Positions 42,776 to 56,968 of a DNA stretch of 64,000 nucleotides are shown here, one piece after another. The stretch is taken from the NCBI GenBank assembly GCA_033442325.1, contig JAWQFM010000033.1, forward strand, positions 531,669-595,668, read 5' to 3'. A program made the translations under genes and the position numbers. This stretch comes from Salpingoeca rosetta. Taxonomy: Eukaryota; Protista; Choanoflagellata. The stretch's first letter is position 1. Each line of letters opens with the position of its first letter. The notes under the pieces were generated by a model, which searched no databases, had not been told where the DNA came from, and worked only from the letters and a program-made list of their open reading frames with translations.

Positions 42776-43131
42776 NNNNNNNNNNNNNNNNNNNNNNNNN
42801 NNNNNNNNNNNNNNNNNNNNNNNNNNNNNNNNNNNNNNNNNNNNNNNNNNNNNNNNNNNNNNNNNNNNNNNNNNNNNNNNNNNNNNNNNNNNNNNNNNNN
42901 NNNNNNNNNNNNNNNNNNNNNNNNNNNNNNNNNNNNNNNNNNNNNNNNNNNNNNNNNNNNNNNNNNNNNNNNNNNNNNNNNNNNNNNNNNNNNNNNNNNN
43001 NNNNNNNNNNNNNNNNNNNNNNNNNNNNNNNNNNNNNNNNNNNNNNNNNNNNNNNNNNNNNNNNNNNNNNNNNNNNNNNNNNNNNNNNNNNNNNNNNNNN
43101 NNNNNNNNNNNNNNNNNNNNNNNNNNNNNNN
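42776..43131. other. Assembly gap (N run)
   Basis: N characters. Confidence 1.
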
Positions 43132-44428
43132 ACACACACACCGAGACACTTGGTTTCTATTGATCTTTTTGGTTTCTGTCTATCAACGCTTGAGGCCCTT
43201 GGGCCGCTCACATAGCATTCAAGCACTCAGTAGCAGACATTCACTCCCTCACCCAGTCATGTCACCCACTCGTGCAAGCGCCTGTCTGAAATGAGCACAC
43301 TTTCGGTTTTGATTGCTTCCCTCATCTCTGAGCACTGGGAATGATGTAAGATTTCAACAAATTTTCCCCAATGACGAGAAGTTGCAAAAGATTCGAGGGT
43401 GATTTAATGATCCCGCCGCGATTCAATTTCGCTGTTCACCAGTACCACCAACACGAGCCAACCAACCAACCGCACGAAGACTACGAAGGATGGCAAGCAC
43501 GAGAGGCAGCTTCGATTCGGCGTCAGGCGGGCTGTGGCGCATCGACGAAGAGGTTGTTGTATGCAGAGCTGTCGTGTGTCTCTCAGTCTCTGCCTCTCTT
43601 TCATTTTCTATCCCCTTCCGTCTCTCAGTCTCAGTCTCTCTTTCGCTTTCTGTTTCTCTGTCTCTGTCGTGCTCTTTCTGTTTTGCTCTATCTTGCTCTC
43701 TTGCTTATGCGATCGTCCCTTGGAGTGATTGAGCACACACTTGTGTCTTGTGTCGTCTGTGCCCGTGTGTCGACCCTGACGTTGGTTGTTGTTGTCGATT
43801 CCCGCCTTCCTCGTTTTCTTTCCACACCGTCTGTGTTACTGTGTTTCCCACTCTTTGCATCCTGTACGGAAGAACAGAGAGAGCATGTGTGTGTGTGTGT
43901 GTTGATGCGTGTATGTGTATGTGCATATCTCTCTGTGGTGCATCTTCACTTCACACACAACCTTAGTGTGGCTCACGTTCCTGTTTACCTGTGCCTTTGT
44001 GCCCGCCTTTGTCTTGGCCTAGTCCTGTTCTGACACCAAGTCGGGCAGCATGAGCTCTGAGACATTCAACGCAGTACGTACAAAGGAATGCGACCATGCT
44101 GCTGTGTTGCACGTTCACTTGGCCACAGCACACACACACACACACACACTCCCCTGCCCATTGCATCTCACTCAAACACAACACAACATGTTCCTTGCTT
44201 TCTGCCTGCTCTGTGCGTGTCGTGCCTTGAATCGTGTGCTGTTGCACATAAGCAGGCCTCAAGGGTAAGCGGAAACAGCAGGTGTTCATGGTCTGTCGAG
44301 TACAAGCTGGATTGCATGATACACGTGTTCGTCCTGCCAGCAGAAGCAGACCAGCATCACGATCGTCGCCACCACAGCGCAACCACCATCACAGCGCCGT
44401 TATCATTGCTGCGCCGCTACACAGCTGC

Positions 44429-44463
<35 letters not shown>

Positions 44464-45086
44464 NNNNNNNNNNNNNNNNNNNNNNNNNNNNNNNNNNNNN
44501 NNNNNNNNNNNNNNNNNNNNNNNNNNNNNNNNNNNNNNNNNNNNNNNNNNNNNNNNNNNNNNNNNNNNNNNNNNNNNNNNNNNNNNNNNNNNNNNNNNNN
44601 NNNNNNNNNNNNNNNNNNNNNNNNNNNNNNNNNNNNNNNNNNNNNNNNNNNNNNNNNNNNNNNNNNNNNNNNNNNNNNNNNNNNNNNNNNNNNNNNNNNN
44701 NNNNNNNNNNNNNNNNNNNNNNNNNNNNNNNNNNNNNNNNNNNNNNNNNNNNNNNNNNNNNNNNNNNNNNNNNNNNNNNNNNNNNNNNNNNNNNNNNNNN
44801 NNNNNNNNNNNNNNNNNNNNNNNNNNNNNNNNNNNNNNNNNNNNNNNNNNNNNNNNNNNNNNNNNNNNNNNNNNNNNNNNNNNNNNNNNNNNNNNNNNNN
44901 NNNNNNNNNNNNNNNNNNNNNNNNNNNNNNNNNNNNNNNNNNNNNNNNNNNNNNNNNNNNNNNNNNNNNNNNNNNNNNNNNNNNNNNNNNNNNNNNNNNN
45001 NNNNNNNNNNNNNNNNNNNNNNNNNNNNNNNNNNNNNNNNNNNNNNNNNNNNNNNNNNNNNNNNNNNNNNNNNNNNNNNNNNNNNN
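44464..45086. other. Assembly gap (N run)
   Basis: N characters. Confidence 1.
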
Positions 45087-45441
45087 CACCACCGCAGCCA
45101 CCAACCATCACCACAGTGCAACCACCACCACCACCACCATCACGGTGCAATCACCACAACACGTGCTGTGATTTCGGCTTCCGCCACGATGTTCTAGGAT
45201 GTTGCTCATACCCGCACCCACCTCATGTTCTCGTGCATAATATCCACCCCCGTCTTTTCTTTTCAGAGAGACTTGAAGCGAACTGAAACCCGCGTGGCCT
45301 CCAAGGTTCTGCAATTGCGCATGCACAAGCACACATTGACACAGCACTGCCTTACGATGCAGCAACCGAATCCCCCACCCCCTCACACCCCCCGCCAAGA
45401 ACGGGTATACCTTCTAACCCCACCGCAACACAACCATCGCA

Positions 45442-47494
45442 ATGCCAAGGGTTCCTTCTAACGGGAGCAGGCAGTTGCAAGTATGCGCGCAGCAGCAAGG
45501 CGGCGGCAGCAGTAGCAGCAGCAGCAGGGTGGACGACATGCTCCATCTGCTGGAAAGATGGACCCTGGATGAAGACAGTGCAAAGTATGCCAAAGTGCTG
45601 CGTGTGCAGCGAGAACTGGAAGATGACTTGCAGGCCGCACAACAACAGCTTGCCGCTTTAAAGGCGGGACATGACGAGATCAGGGCGATGCATGCGCAGG
45701 CACAGGTGGAGAGGATGAAGGCGGAGGTGGAGAGGGTGAAGGCGGAGGTGGAGAGGGTGAAGCGCCATGTTCAGCGAGTGAAGGAGATGGAGGACCTGTT
45801 CAAGAAACGCATCAATGACAAGAAAGGCGAGATCCGCAATGCACGGCATGAAAGATGGAGGACAGAACTGACAGGACCCGGCAACGGAGAAGCGGTTGCA
45901 GCGGCGGAGACGAAGGTGAAAGAGAAAGAGCGGGAATTGGCCGTGCTTGAGGAACAAAAGAAGATATGGCGCAAGCAGATGGAGGAGGAGAGGAAGAACG
46001 GAGAGGAAGAGAGGAAGAAGTGGCAGCAACAGCAGCAGCAACACAAAGTGTGGGTGCGCGCGTTGACGACATTGCTGCAGGCGGCAGGTGAGCCGCTGCC
46101 ACACACCACAAGTGCCGAGCACCTGTGGACTGTGGTGTCGCAGGTGGTGGACGACGCCCTGGCGACAGCGTGGGAGGCCGGCCTTGTGCCCGCTGCTGGC
46201 CCGCCCCGACTGGCCACTATCACTTTATCTGCTCTCCAAGCTATCGAGAAGCGCGTTGCGGAGAAGAAGATCAGCTCACCTGCCGCGATCAGAGACGGTA
46301 TGCTGTCATCCACCTCTTTGTGTGTTGTCGTGCGGATGTGGTGATGAAGACGGCCCTGCTTGTTTTGGTTGTCTTGATGACACAAGGTCAAGCGTGCACC
46401 TGTTTGCGCCTGTGTGTGTGTGTGATGTTTTGCGTTGATGTCACACAGCGCACAACACGTTTGCTTGTATCGTCGTTGCCTTTGTCACTGCTACTGCCAC
46501 TGTAATTATCGCTGCCTTTGTCACTGTGTCGCAGTTACTGTCGTTGGCATTTGCATTGGTAGCCTCCACCACCATAGTCACGCATGCGACACATTCACGC
46601 TTGTTTTGACACCTCTCCGCCCCTCATGCGCGCTGATTGCACTGCTGTGTGTGTGTGTGTGTGCGTGCAGAATTCTTTCTTCACGACGCCACCCAGCAGC
46701 ATCACCAAGCCCGAGAAGAACCCGTATCTCGTCTACTGGCCGGACAATGCCCAGTTCTTCACCGACATATGGCGAGAGCCACTCGCAAAACAGGTGCTGC
46801 AATGCAATGACATCCGTCGCCGCTGCGCTGTGTGTGCGGGCGGTGCTGGTGGAACAGTAGTGCTGTGCTCATTTCTGTGAACGTGCATGTGCGTGTGTTT
46901 GTGCGAGCGAGAATATATGAGTGCGACTGTGTGCTTGTGTGTGTGTGTGTGTGTGTGTCATGTGCTTGGTGGCATTATCATCACCACCCATCACTAAACG
47001 ACGTGCCGCCATATGTGCACTCCTCCCTATGCCTCTCACCAACCGCTCGTCCCGCACGCCTTTGTGTCAACACACTCGTGTGTATGTGCATGTGTGCGTG
47101 TGTGCATGCGTGCTTGTTTTCGCGTTTCCAGTTTGAGCTGAAGGCTGATGACATCACGCCGCAAGCAGTGATTGCAAAGATTCACGAAATACCAGTGCTG
47201 GAGGTGTCCAGCAGCCGTGGGCCCCGCCCCAGGGGGCGCCAAGTGACGCTTGGCCTGCGACAAGGTAAGGACGTGGCGAAGACTGTTGTTGCCTGTGTTT
47301 GCACTGCTTTCAGTTTTAGGTGCACGTGCAGACACGTGTACTTGGCCTTGGAGCGTTTGTCAACGTCGTCATCATCATGTGGTGTTTGGTCGTGTATTGC
47401 CGATGTGTGCGCAAGCGCACATGAAGGGTTGTGATGTGAGATGTGATTGTGACACCATCGTGCAATGCGTGCACGCTTACATCTCACCCCTGCC

Positions 47495-47528
<34 letters not shown>

Positions 47529-49536
47529 GCTTGCTCGCAGGTCTGCCTTTGCCAAAAGCACTGCCAACAGGATGGTCCAATGAAGCGGAGATGTGCACCG
47601 ATATCGCCGAGCACCTTCGCGCCACGGCTGCGCACCTCGACCCCGGTGTCACGTTCCCGAGTGAGGTCCCAATCATGACGTACGTTGTGCGGTGCATGTT
47701 GTGTCCAGGCGTTGGAGGGGTGGGGAGTGGGTGTTTGCTGTATCCTTGTTTCCGCTCTCTTGCGTGTCCTGTGATGCTTGTGATGCTGCAAATGCCGGTT
47801 TCTTACAGGGAACCTGCCCGTGCTCTTGTCGCGCTTGCCGCCTTGCGTTGGCCAGGTTCAAGCCAGGCACCCGCCCCAAAACAGACATTGTGATGGTGGA
47901 CCGTCACACAAACACAATAGCGGCCGTGTTTGAGCTCAAGCTAGGCGAGGATGCTGATTCGCTTGGCCAGTTGGCAGCGTACGCACACCACGCGATTGTG
48001 GCGAACGTGCTTTGCATTGCAGGCGAGCACGTGCCTCTGGAGGAGCTGCCCCTGCTCGCTGGGCTGGCGATGTTTGGGCTGCGTGTCAGCCCGGTGCAGA
48101 CCACCGTTGTTGAGTTTATGGTGGCCAACGCCGGTGGAGTGGTGAAGGTGGTTGCCCACAACATCATCTCCATGCCGACGAAGAACATTGGGCAGGCTGC
48201 TCTGGCCATTTCCTGCTTTGCGGACTTCCTGCACGCGAAGTACGCCCACGCCATCAAGCAGAACACCAAGCATGGCAGCGACTTTGCGCTGAATGTCATG
48301 AAGCCCCATGTGCTGCACTTCAACCCCGACAGCGGCAAAGGTGTGTTGTTTGCTGCTTGCTCGTCTGCGTCTGTATGTGCGTGTGTGTGCCTGCGTGTGT
48401 ATGTGTGCACATGTGTGTGTGTGTGCATGCATGCGCCTGTCTCTCTGCCATCTCTCTCTGCTTCTGTCTGTGTGTGTGTGTGGTTGAAAGGCGGTCACTG
48501 TGCAGTGTTCTCTCTGCCATCTCTCTCTGCTTCTGTCTGTGTGTGTGTGTGGTTGAAAGGCGGTCACTGTGCAGTGTTGTATGCACAATTGCGCCCGTGC
48601 CTGTGCTCGTGTGTGGTGTGATTCACATGATGCTGGTTGTGCTTATCGCTGTGCTGTCAGCAGAGGCACCGAAAGTGCTCAGTTCCGTCGCCAACAAAGG
48701 GAGCGGATACGTGTGCAAGTTCATCAAGACTGGGCACCGTGCTGGCGACTTGTGTGCTGAAGAGATTGAGAACATGTGGAAGTACGTCAACGGGCAACGC
48801 GCTTGCAGTCGCATCCCCGCCACCAACAGCACCGCCACCACCAACAGCAAGAGCAGCACCACGAACACCACCAGCAGCAACATCATCAGCAGCAGTGGCA
48901 ACGACACGCAGATGATTGCGGTGCCCCACCTCGGGTCGACCCGCGCTCACATTCACGAACAGCACGTGGTGCAGCTCTGCAACAGCTTGTTTCTCCTGTC
49001 AGCGGCTGGTCTCGTTCACCATGACATTCGCTGCGCCAACGTGGTCGTGAGCGGCGACAAAGCCTCTCTTATCGACTTCGAACTGGCTGGCTGTGACGCC
49101 GATGTCATGGAGGCAGCGGAACTCGAGCCGGCTGAGGTTGCTCTTCGCACGGACCTGCCTGAGCGGTCAGCACGCATCCGTGCAGCTGGTGNNNNNNNNN
49201 NNNNNNNNNNNNNNNNNNNNNNNNNNNNNNNNNNNNNNNNNNNNNNNNNNNNNNNNNNNNNNNNNNNNNNNNNNNNNNNNNNNNNNNNNNNTCCGGTCTG
49301 CGCTCTACAAGAGGGCACCGCAGATGGCACACAGGGCAACCAAGGACGCCATGCTGGCCGCGTTGGAACAGCTCGAGCAGCAGCAGCAGCAGCAGCAGGG
49401 GAAGGGGAAGCAAGGGGAGAAGGAGAAGCAGCAGGGTCATGTCGTGCTGGTCGGGATGAACCCGACGCTGCCGCAGTCGTGTGATTTGCTGGGCCGCATC
49501 AAGAAGGTCATCAAGGACATCCCGCTGTACGACTGA
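45442..49536 (+). CDS. Coiled-coil + PD-(D/E)xK nuclease + protein kinase gene (Crinkler/RHS-effector-like), copy 1; apparent +1 frameshift in exon 2 and an N gap
   Basis: Exons ~45442-46297, 46671-46793, 47132-47264, 47541-47679, 47856-48340 and 48661-49536. Nuclease motifs NEAEM...SEVPI...PKTDIVMVD...VFELK...LGQLAAY; kinase motifs YVCKFIK, LVHHDIRCANVV, LIDFELA. Carries an extra T at about 46677 relative to copy 2. Confidence 0.8.
48441..48578. repeat. About 69-bp direct tandem duplication in an intron of effector copy 1 (single in copy 2)
   Basis: ctctctgccatctctctctgcttctgtctgtgtgtgtgtgtggttgaaaggcggtcactgtgcagtgtt occurs twice. Confidence 0.9.
49192..49291. other. Assembly gap (100 N) inside the kinase exon of copy 1
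   Basis: N characters; the matching stretch in copy 2 (~62160-62219) is only about 60 bp. Confidence 1.
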
Positions 49537-50312
49537 GCTCGACGTCTCCGCGCGCTTGGGAGACAGGGAGCCATGTGCTCGTGTGTGTGTGTGTGCATGT
49601 GTGTGCATGTGCGTGATTGATTGTAATTGCGCGGGGAGTGCATGTCTACACGTGTAAGGGAGGGAGAGAGAGGGGGGGGGGAAAGACGTGTGGAGGACAG
49701 TGACAGTGTGTTTGCGTGCATGTGCATGTGCACACGATGCTGTTCTTTGCTTTGCTTTGCTTTGCTTTGCTTTCTTACACGTCCATATGTGTCTGCAATA
49801 CACTGCATAAGCTACAGTGATGTATGTGATCACGAATAGCGCTTTGCGGTGAACAGAGCACAGAAATGGAATGTGTGTGTGTGCGTATGTGAGGGATGTG
49901 TGTGTGTGTGTGTGTGTGTGCGTGTATGTGTTTGAAGGACTGTTCTATTGACTGTCAGTCTGCCGTTCTGCGTTGTCGCATTGTCGTTGTCGTTGTCGGT
50001 GATGAGAAGTGATGTGAACAACCACTCGACCACGCTGATGTTGATGGTCGGCGTCACAGTCACTTGTGCTTGACAAGGGAATGGTTGGGTTGTGATTGTT
50101 AACGAGTGGCTTCCCAGCACTGCCTCTGCTGCACCGCTCGTTGACACGGGTGCCCTGGTCGTGAGGGTCGTCGGTGGGCGATTGAAGTATTGGTTGTGTG
50201 TGCCTGTGTGCGGTGGTGGTGGTGAGGAACGTGTCGTGTCACAACGTCACCATGCTGGGTGAGAGACAGGCGTTGCATTCATTGCTGAGAAATTTTATGT
50301 TGACTGGGAAGG

Positions 50313-51148
50313 ATGATGATGATGAGACGCAGGATGATGGTGGTGGCGGTGGTACAACTGCTCGTGTTGATGTGTTGCGGTGTGGCGGCGTCGCATGTGT
50401 CTTCTGGTAGGAAGGCGTCCATCTTCTTTCTGCTCACGGATGACCAAGACGTCGACATGGGCTTTGTGTCCCAGCCCAAGCTCGTCAGCCTGTGGCAGAA
50501 GCAAGGCGGTGTGTGTGTGTGTGTGCGTGTGTGTGTGTGCGTGTGTATGAGAGAGTGTGTGTGTGTGCGTGTGTATGAGAGAGAGTGTGTGCGTGTGTAT
50601 GAGAGAGTGTGTGTGCGTGTGCATGTGCGTGTGTATGAGAGAGTGTGTGTGTGTCTGTGTGTGTGTGTGTTTGCAGCTGTAGCTGAGGCTATGTCAAGCT
50701 GTATGTCAAGCTGTATGTCAAGTTGTATTGTGGTGTGCGTGCATGCGTTTGAATATGTATTTCTACTTCATGTCTGTGTACCTATCTGTCCACCCGTGCG
50801 GCTGTCCGCTTGCCACGCACTTGCGCACTGCCGTCCTCCCTTCCTCCCCCCCCCCCCCCATCCACGGGGCTACCGGACGTCAAGGCTGGCCCTGCCTCTC
50901 TTTCTCTGTGCACAGTCTGACACACCACTGGCCTGCTCCTGCGTTGCCCTTGCAGCCACATTGGAAGCAGCCTTTGCCAGCACACCTGTGTGTTGTCCTT
51001 CACGCGCAGGCATCCAGACGGGAAGGTACATCCACAACGTCCCCATGACCAACAACTCCATCCCGGGCAATTGTTCCAGCACTGCGTGGCAGCAAGGCGC
51101 CGAGAGGCACAACATCGGCCACCTCATGAAAAAGCCGGTGTGTGTGTG

Positions 51149-51237
<89 letters not shown>

Positions 51238-53320
51238 ATGTGTGTTCGAGGGAGGGAGCGCGCGTGTATGTGCCTGTCTTTCTGTGTCTCTCTCTGCATG
51301 TGCTTGTCGTTGTTTGTGGTGCTTGCTCCCTGTTCAGTGGCCTCTGCAGCTGCAGTTGTGTCCTTTCATCGCTGGCACTGCCCCACACGTCACCTCTCAC
51401 TTGCAGGTTACACAACAATGTACACGGGCAAATACTTGAACCAGTACGTGCATCGTGGCACGCGTAACGTCGACACGCGCACGACCGACAGTGTTTCGTT
51501 GCTGCATGTATGATGGATTCACGCACATGAACGCAGCCACGTACATACACGCATTCAAAGATACACATGCACACGCACACATACACGCACATACACACGC
51601 ATACTCATACTCACATACACGCACATACATACACATTCACATGCACACGTGCGATTGTCTTGGGTGCAGATACGGTGCCCCGAGTGCCGGTGGTGTGCAA
51701 CATGTTCCTCGCGGATGGGACAACTGGCAAGCACGTAAGCTCGTCATGTACGCGCATGCGTGTGCGTGTGTGGTCATGTGCACATGCGTGTACATGCGTG
51801 AACATGCTCGTGTGTGTATGTGTACTCGTGTGTGTATGCATGGCTGTATAGATGTGAAAATGGGTGTGTGCGTGTGTGTGTGTGTGCGTGTGTGTGTGAA
51901 CGCGCCGTGCATGCTGGTTTCCAGCCTGGCAGTGGTTATGCTCCCAGTTCATGTACCGCCTTGCTGTCCATGTATGTATGTATGTATGTATGTATGTATG
52001 TATGTATGTATGTATGTATGTATGTATGTATGTATGTATGTATGTATGTATGTATGTATGTATGTATGTATGTATGTATGTATGTATGTATGTATGTATG
52101 TATGTATGTAGGCAACAGCGTGTACTACGACTACGTGATCTCCAACAACGGAACCCCGGAGCCACACGGCAACACGTACCTGCCAAACGTATGTGACACG
52201 TCCGTGAGTGGCGCGCGTGCTTGTGAACTTGTGCGTGCGTATGCACTTGTACGTGCGTGTGTGTGTTTGTGTGTGCGTGAGTGTTGTCATTTTGCTTTGT
52301 CTGCAAGCCTACTGCTGTTGTTCCACCTGGACACGCCGCCACGCTGCGTGCTCCTTGATCCTATGCGTCACACCACCACCACCACTCCCCGCACACCGCT
52401 GGCATGCCGTGGCAGCTGCTGTTGGACAAGACATCCAATTTCCTGCGGACACTGGAAGGGACTGATGACCCCTTCTTCATCATGGTTGGCACTCCGTCAT
52501 GCCACGACCCAACAGAGCCTGCACCAGAATATGCGCACCTCCTGCCAAATGCAACTGCCGCGCCCGCCAAACTATGGTCAGCAGCTGCTGTGCCTTTGTG
52601 TCTCTGTGTATGTGTGTGTTTCTGTGCATATGTGTGTATGTCGGTGTATGTGTTTGTGTACGCGTGTTTGCGTGTTTCTGTGTATGCGCGTTTCTGTGCA
52701 TATGTGTGTATGCGTGTGTGTGCATATGTGTGTATTTGTGTGCGTGTAGTTGTGTTTCTGTTTCTGTTTCTGTTTCTGTGTGTGTTTCTGTTTCTGTGTG
52801 TGTGTGTGTGTTTTCGTCCGTGTGCTCCGTTGAAACGGCTGTCTCGCTCTGCGCCCCCTGTTTCTGCTTGCAGGCAAGGCGTTTCGAGACAAGCACTGGT
52901 TTGTTGCAAAGCAAGGAGAGGTCGCAGGTTTTGGATCAGGTAGACAGATATGGCACATGCAATTGCGTTTATTGCCAGACACACGCACTCACACGTGCCA
53001 CACGTTCACTCACACGCACTCACTCACTCACTCACTCACTCACTCACTCACTCACTCACTGACTCACTGACTCACTCACTCATTGACTCACTGACTCACT
53101 CACTCACTGACTCACTGACTCACTCACTCACTCACTCACTCACTCACTCACTCACCTTCGACGTGTGTTCTGGCACCACGCGCGCTGCTGTTGCATGTTG
53201 ATTGCGCCTGTCATACGGCAAAGGGTATGCGCCAATCGAGGAGAAGTACAATGATCTGCAGTACCGCCGACGCGCCCTCACGCTCATGACCGTTGATGAC
53301 ATCGTCGCAAACGTCACAGC
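50313..53320 (+). pseudogene. N-acetylglucosamine-6-sulfatase (GNS/SULF-family) gene, 3'-truncated and frameshifted, copy 1
   Basis: Signal peptide, then IFFLLTDDQD, the formylglycine motif TPVCCPSRAGIQTGRY (~50982-51030), GYTTMYTGKYLNQY, VPRGWDNW, NSVYYDY, PFFIMVGTPSCHDP, DKHWFV and YRRRALTLMTVDD. Frameshift near 52558 (NATA/PRPPNYG). No TSDNGYH or later exons follow. Confidence 0.85.
51970..52110. repeat. (TATG)n microsatellite abutting a sulfatase splice acceptor
   Basis: Directly visible; ends in ...tatgtag|gcaacagc. Confidence 0.95.
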
Positions 53321-53348
53321 GTACGCCAATGCCTCGTGCACTCGTGGC

Positions 53349-53474
53349 TTAAGTTGTTGTTGTTGTTGTTGTTGTTTAAGTTGTTGTTTAAGTTGTTGTT
53401 GTTGTTTAAGTTGTTGTTTAAGTTGTTGTTGTTGTTTAAGTTGTTGTTTAAGTTGTTGTTGTTGTAGTTGTTGT
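53349..53474. repeat. (TTAAG(TTG)n) compound repeat at the point where the sulfatase is truncated
   Basis: Directly visible. Confidence 0.9.
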
Positions 53475-53663
53475 GTGCGACGATGACTGTTGTGCGTTCA
53501 TGCGCACATTCGCCACCACAACCAGCAACACCGCCGCTTAGCACGACGCAAATACACTGCGCTTATTCGATCGCTCTGCATTCACACTCACTCACTCACA
53601 CACACGCTTATTGCCTGCCTGTCTGTCTCTGCCTGTCTCTCTCGTACACGCACGTGCTTGCAG

Positions 53664-53749
53664 GCACACAGCGGGGGCAACTGCTGCTGACGATCAACGG
53701 CGTGGAGAAGGACCGTGACTTTTACTTTGGAAAACTCAGACAGCTCGAG
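53664..53749 (+). pseudogene. Isolated exon of an EB1/RP-EB family microtubule end-binding protein (EBH C-terminal domain)
   Basis: AG|…QLLLTINGVEKDRDFYFGKLRQLE|GT matches the EB1 signature LxLTVxxLEKERDFYFGKLRxIE. No CH-domain exons nearby. Confidence 0.8.
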
Positions 53750-53966
53750 GTGAACGCGATACGCGAAGCCGTGGACAGAACCATAGCTCATCACACACGC
53801 ACTTACGCATGCACGCTCCCCCACACACTCTCTGCCTGTCTCTGTCGATGCCTCTCTTGTCCCCCTCTTTCCCCTCCCTCTTCCTTTGCCTCTCTGCATC
53901 TCTGTCCCTCCGTCCCCTCAGCTTCCCTCCCTCCCTCTCTCTCACACACACTCACACACACACACA

Positions 53967-53997
<31 letters not shown>

Positions 53998-54178
53998 ACT
54001 CACTCACACACACACACTCTCTCTTTCTCTCTCACTCTCACTCCCACACACACTCACACACACACACTCAGACACACACACACACACTCACACACACACG
54101 CTCTCACTCCCTCACTCTCTCTCGCCGTCTCTTGTCCGTATCTCATCAACGGTTGCGTGTTTGTGCCGGCCTGAGCAG

Positions 54179-55444
<1,266 letters not shown>

Positions 55445-56261
55445 TGGAGCAAGGGGGGGTTTGATTGGCGTGGTGATGTGTGTGTTTGTGTGTTTGTGCA
55501 TGTGTGTGTGTGTGTCGTGCGCGTCGTTGCTTGTTGGTTGTGTTTGCAATGAAGAGGAGTTGCTGTTGCGCTGGGCTGTGGCCCACTGTTGTGCTGCGTC
55601 GTGCGCACGTGACGTGGCCTTGCCTTCCTTCCTGTTGGGACGCTGCTCTCTCAGGGGATCGTTACTCTCTGCCATATGCCCGTTTGCTCTGTTTGATGTC
55701 ACATCACAACATTACTTTGTGCATCTGACAGCATGATGGGAGTAAAAGTGGCCATGGATTAGTTGCGGATGACAGCAGCAACAGCGCAGAGTGGTGGGGG
55801 GGAGGGAGGAAGGGCTACACATACACACACACACACACACGAAGGAGATATACACACACGCACACACACACGGAGACACTTGGTTTCTATCGATCTTTTT
55901 GGTTTCTGTCTGTCAACGCTTGAGGCCCTTGGGCCGCTCACATAGCATTCAAGCATTCAGTAGCAGACATTCACTCCCTCACATCACCCAGTCACCCACT
56001 CGTGCAAGCGCCTGTCTGAAATGAGCACACTTTCGGTTTTGATTGCTTCCCTCATCTCTGAGCACTGGGAATGGTGGAAGATTTCAACAAATTTTCCCCC
56101 AATTACATACACCACACAAGCGAAGATTCGAGGGTGATTTAATGATCCCGCCGCGAAATTCAACGAAGACCACGAAGGATGGCAAGCACGAGAGGCAGCT
56201 TCGATTCGGCGTCAGGAGGGCTGTGGCGCATCGACGAAGAGGTTGTTGTATGTGCTCTGTG

Positions 56262-56345
<84 letters not shown>

Positions 56346-56474
56346 AGCTGTCGTGTTTCTCTCAGTCTCAGTCTCTTTCATTGTCTCTCTATCCCCTGTC
56401 CTAATCTTCCGTCTCTCAGTCTCTGTCTCTCTTTCGCGTTCTGTCTCTCAGTCTCTGTCTTGCTCTTTCTGTTT

Positions 56475-56684
56475 CGCGCGCTCTATCTCCCGCGCGCGCT
56501 CCATGTTTCCTTCTCGCTCATTCGATCATCTCTTGGAGTGATTGAGCACACACTGGTGTCTTGTGTTGTCTGTGGCCGTGTGTCGACACTGGCGTGCTTG
56601 CCCTTGTCGATTCCCGCCTTTCTCACTTTCTTTCTACTTTGTCCACATCCTTGTCTCGCTCTGCTGTTCTCACACACACACTCT

Positions 56685-56770
<86 letters not shown>

Positions 56771-56968
56771 CTGTTTCTGTTTCTGTTTCGTGCGCTCTCT
56801 GTTTCGTGCGCTCTCTGTTTTGCGCGCTCTATCTCCCGCGCGCGCTCTATGTCTCCTTCTCGCTCATTCGGTCATCCCTTGGAGTGATTGAGCACACACT
56901 TGTGTCTTGTGTCGTCTGTGCCCGTGTGTCGACACTGGCGTGCTTGCCCTTGTCGATTCCCGCCTTCC
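56475..56968. repeat. Direct repeat pair of about 145 bp (56475-56620 and 56822-56968) around a (CT)n tract, specific to unit 2
   Basis: gcgcgctctatctcccgcgcgcgctc...ggagtgattgagcacacact...gtcgattcccgcctt appears twice; unit 1 has one related copy (~43710-43810). Confidence 0.85.

Noticed and set aside
45395-45480. Apparent frameshift or stop at the 5' end of effector copy 1 relative to copy 2
   Set aside because: The differences look like base swaps and small indels in poor-quality sequence near an N gap, so they are not reliable evidence of pseudogenisation.
49830-50147. 105-aa minus-strand ORF present in both duplication units
   Set aside because: Its conservation is explained by the recent duplication. 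It has a non-ATG start, ends in a CA repeat and shows no recognisable motif.
53200-53749. In-frame sulfatase-EB1 fusion
   Set aside because: The likely donor (ACA GC|GT) joined to the EB1 exon acceptor reads out of the EB1 frame and hits TGA.
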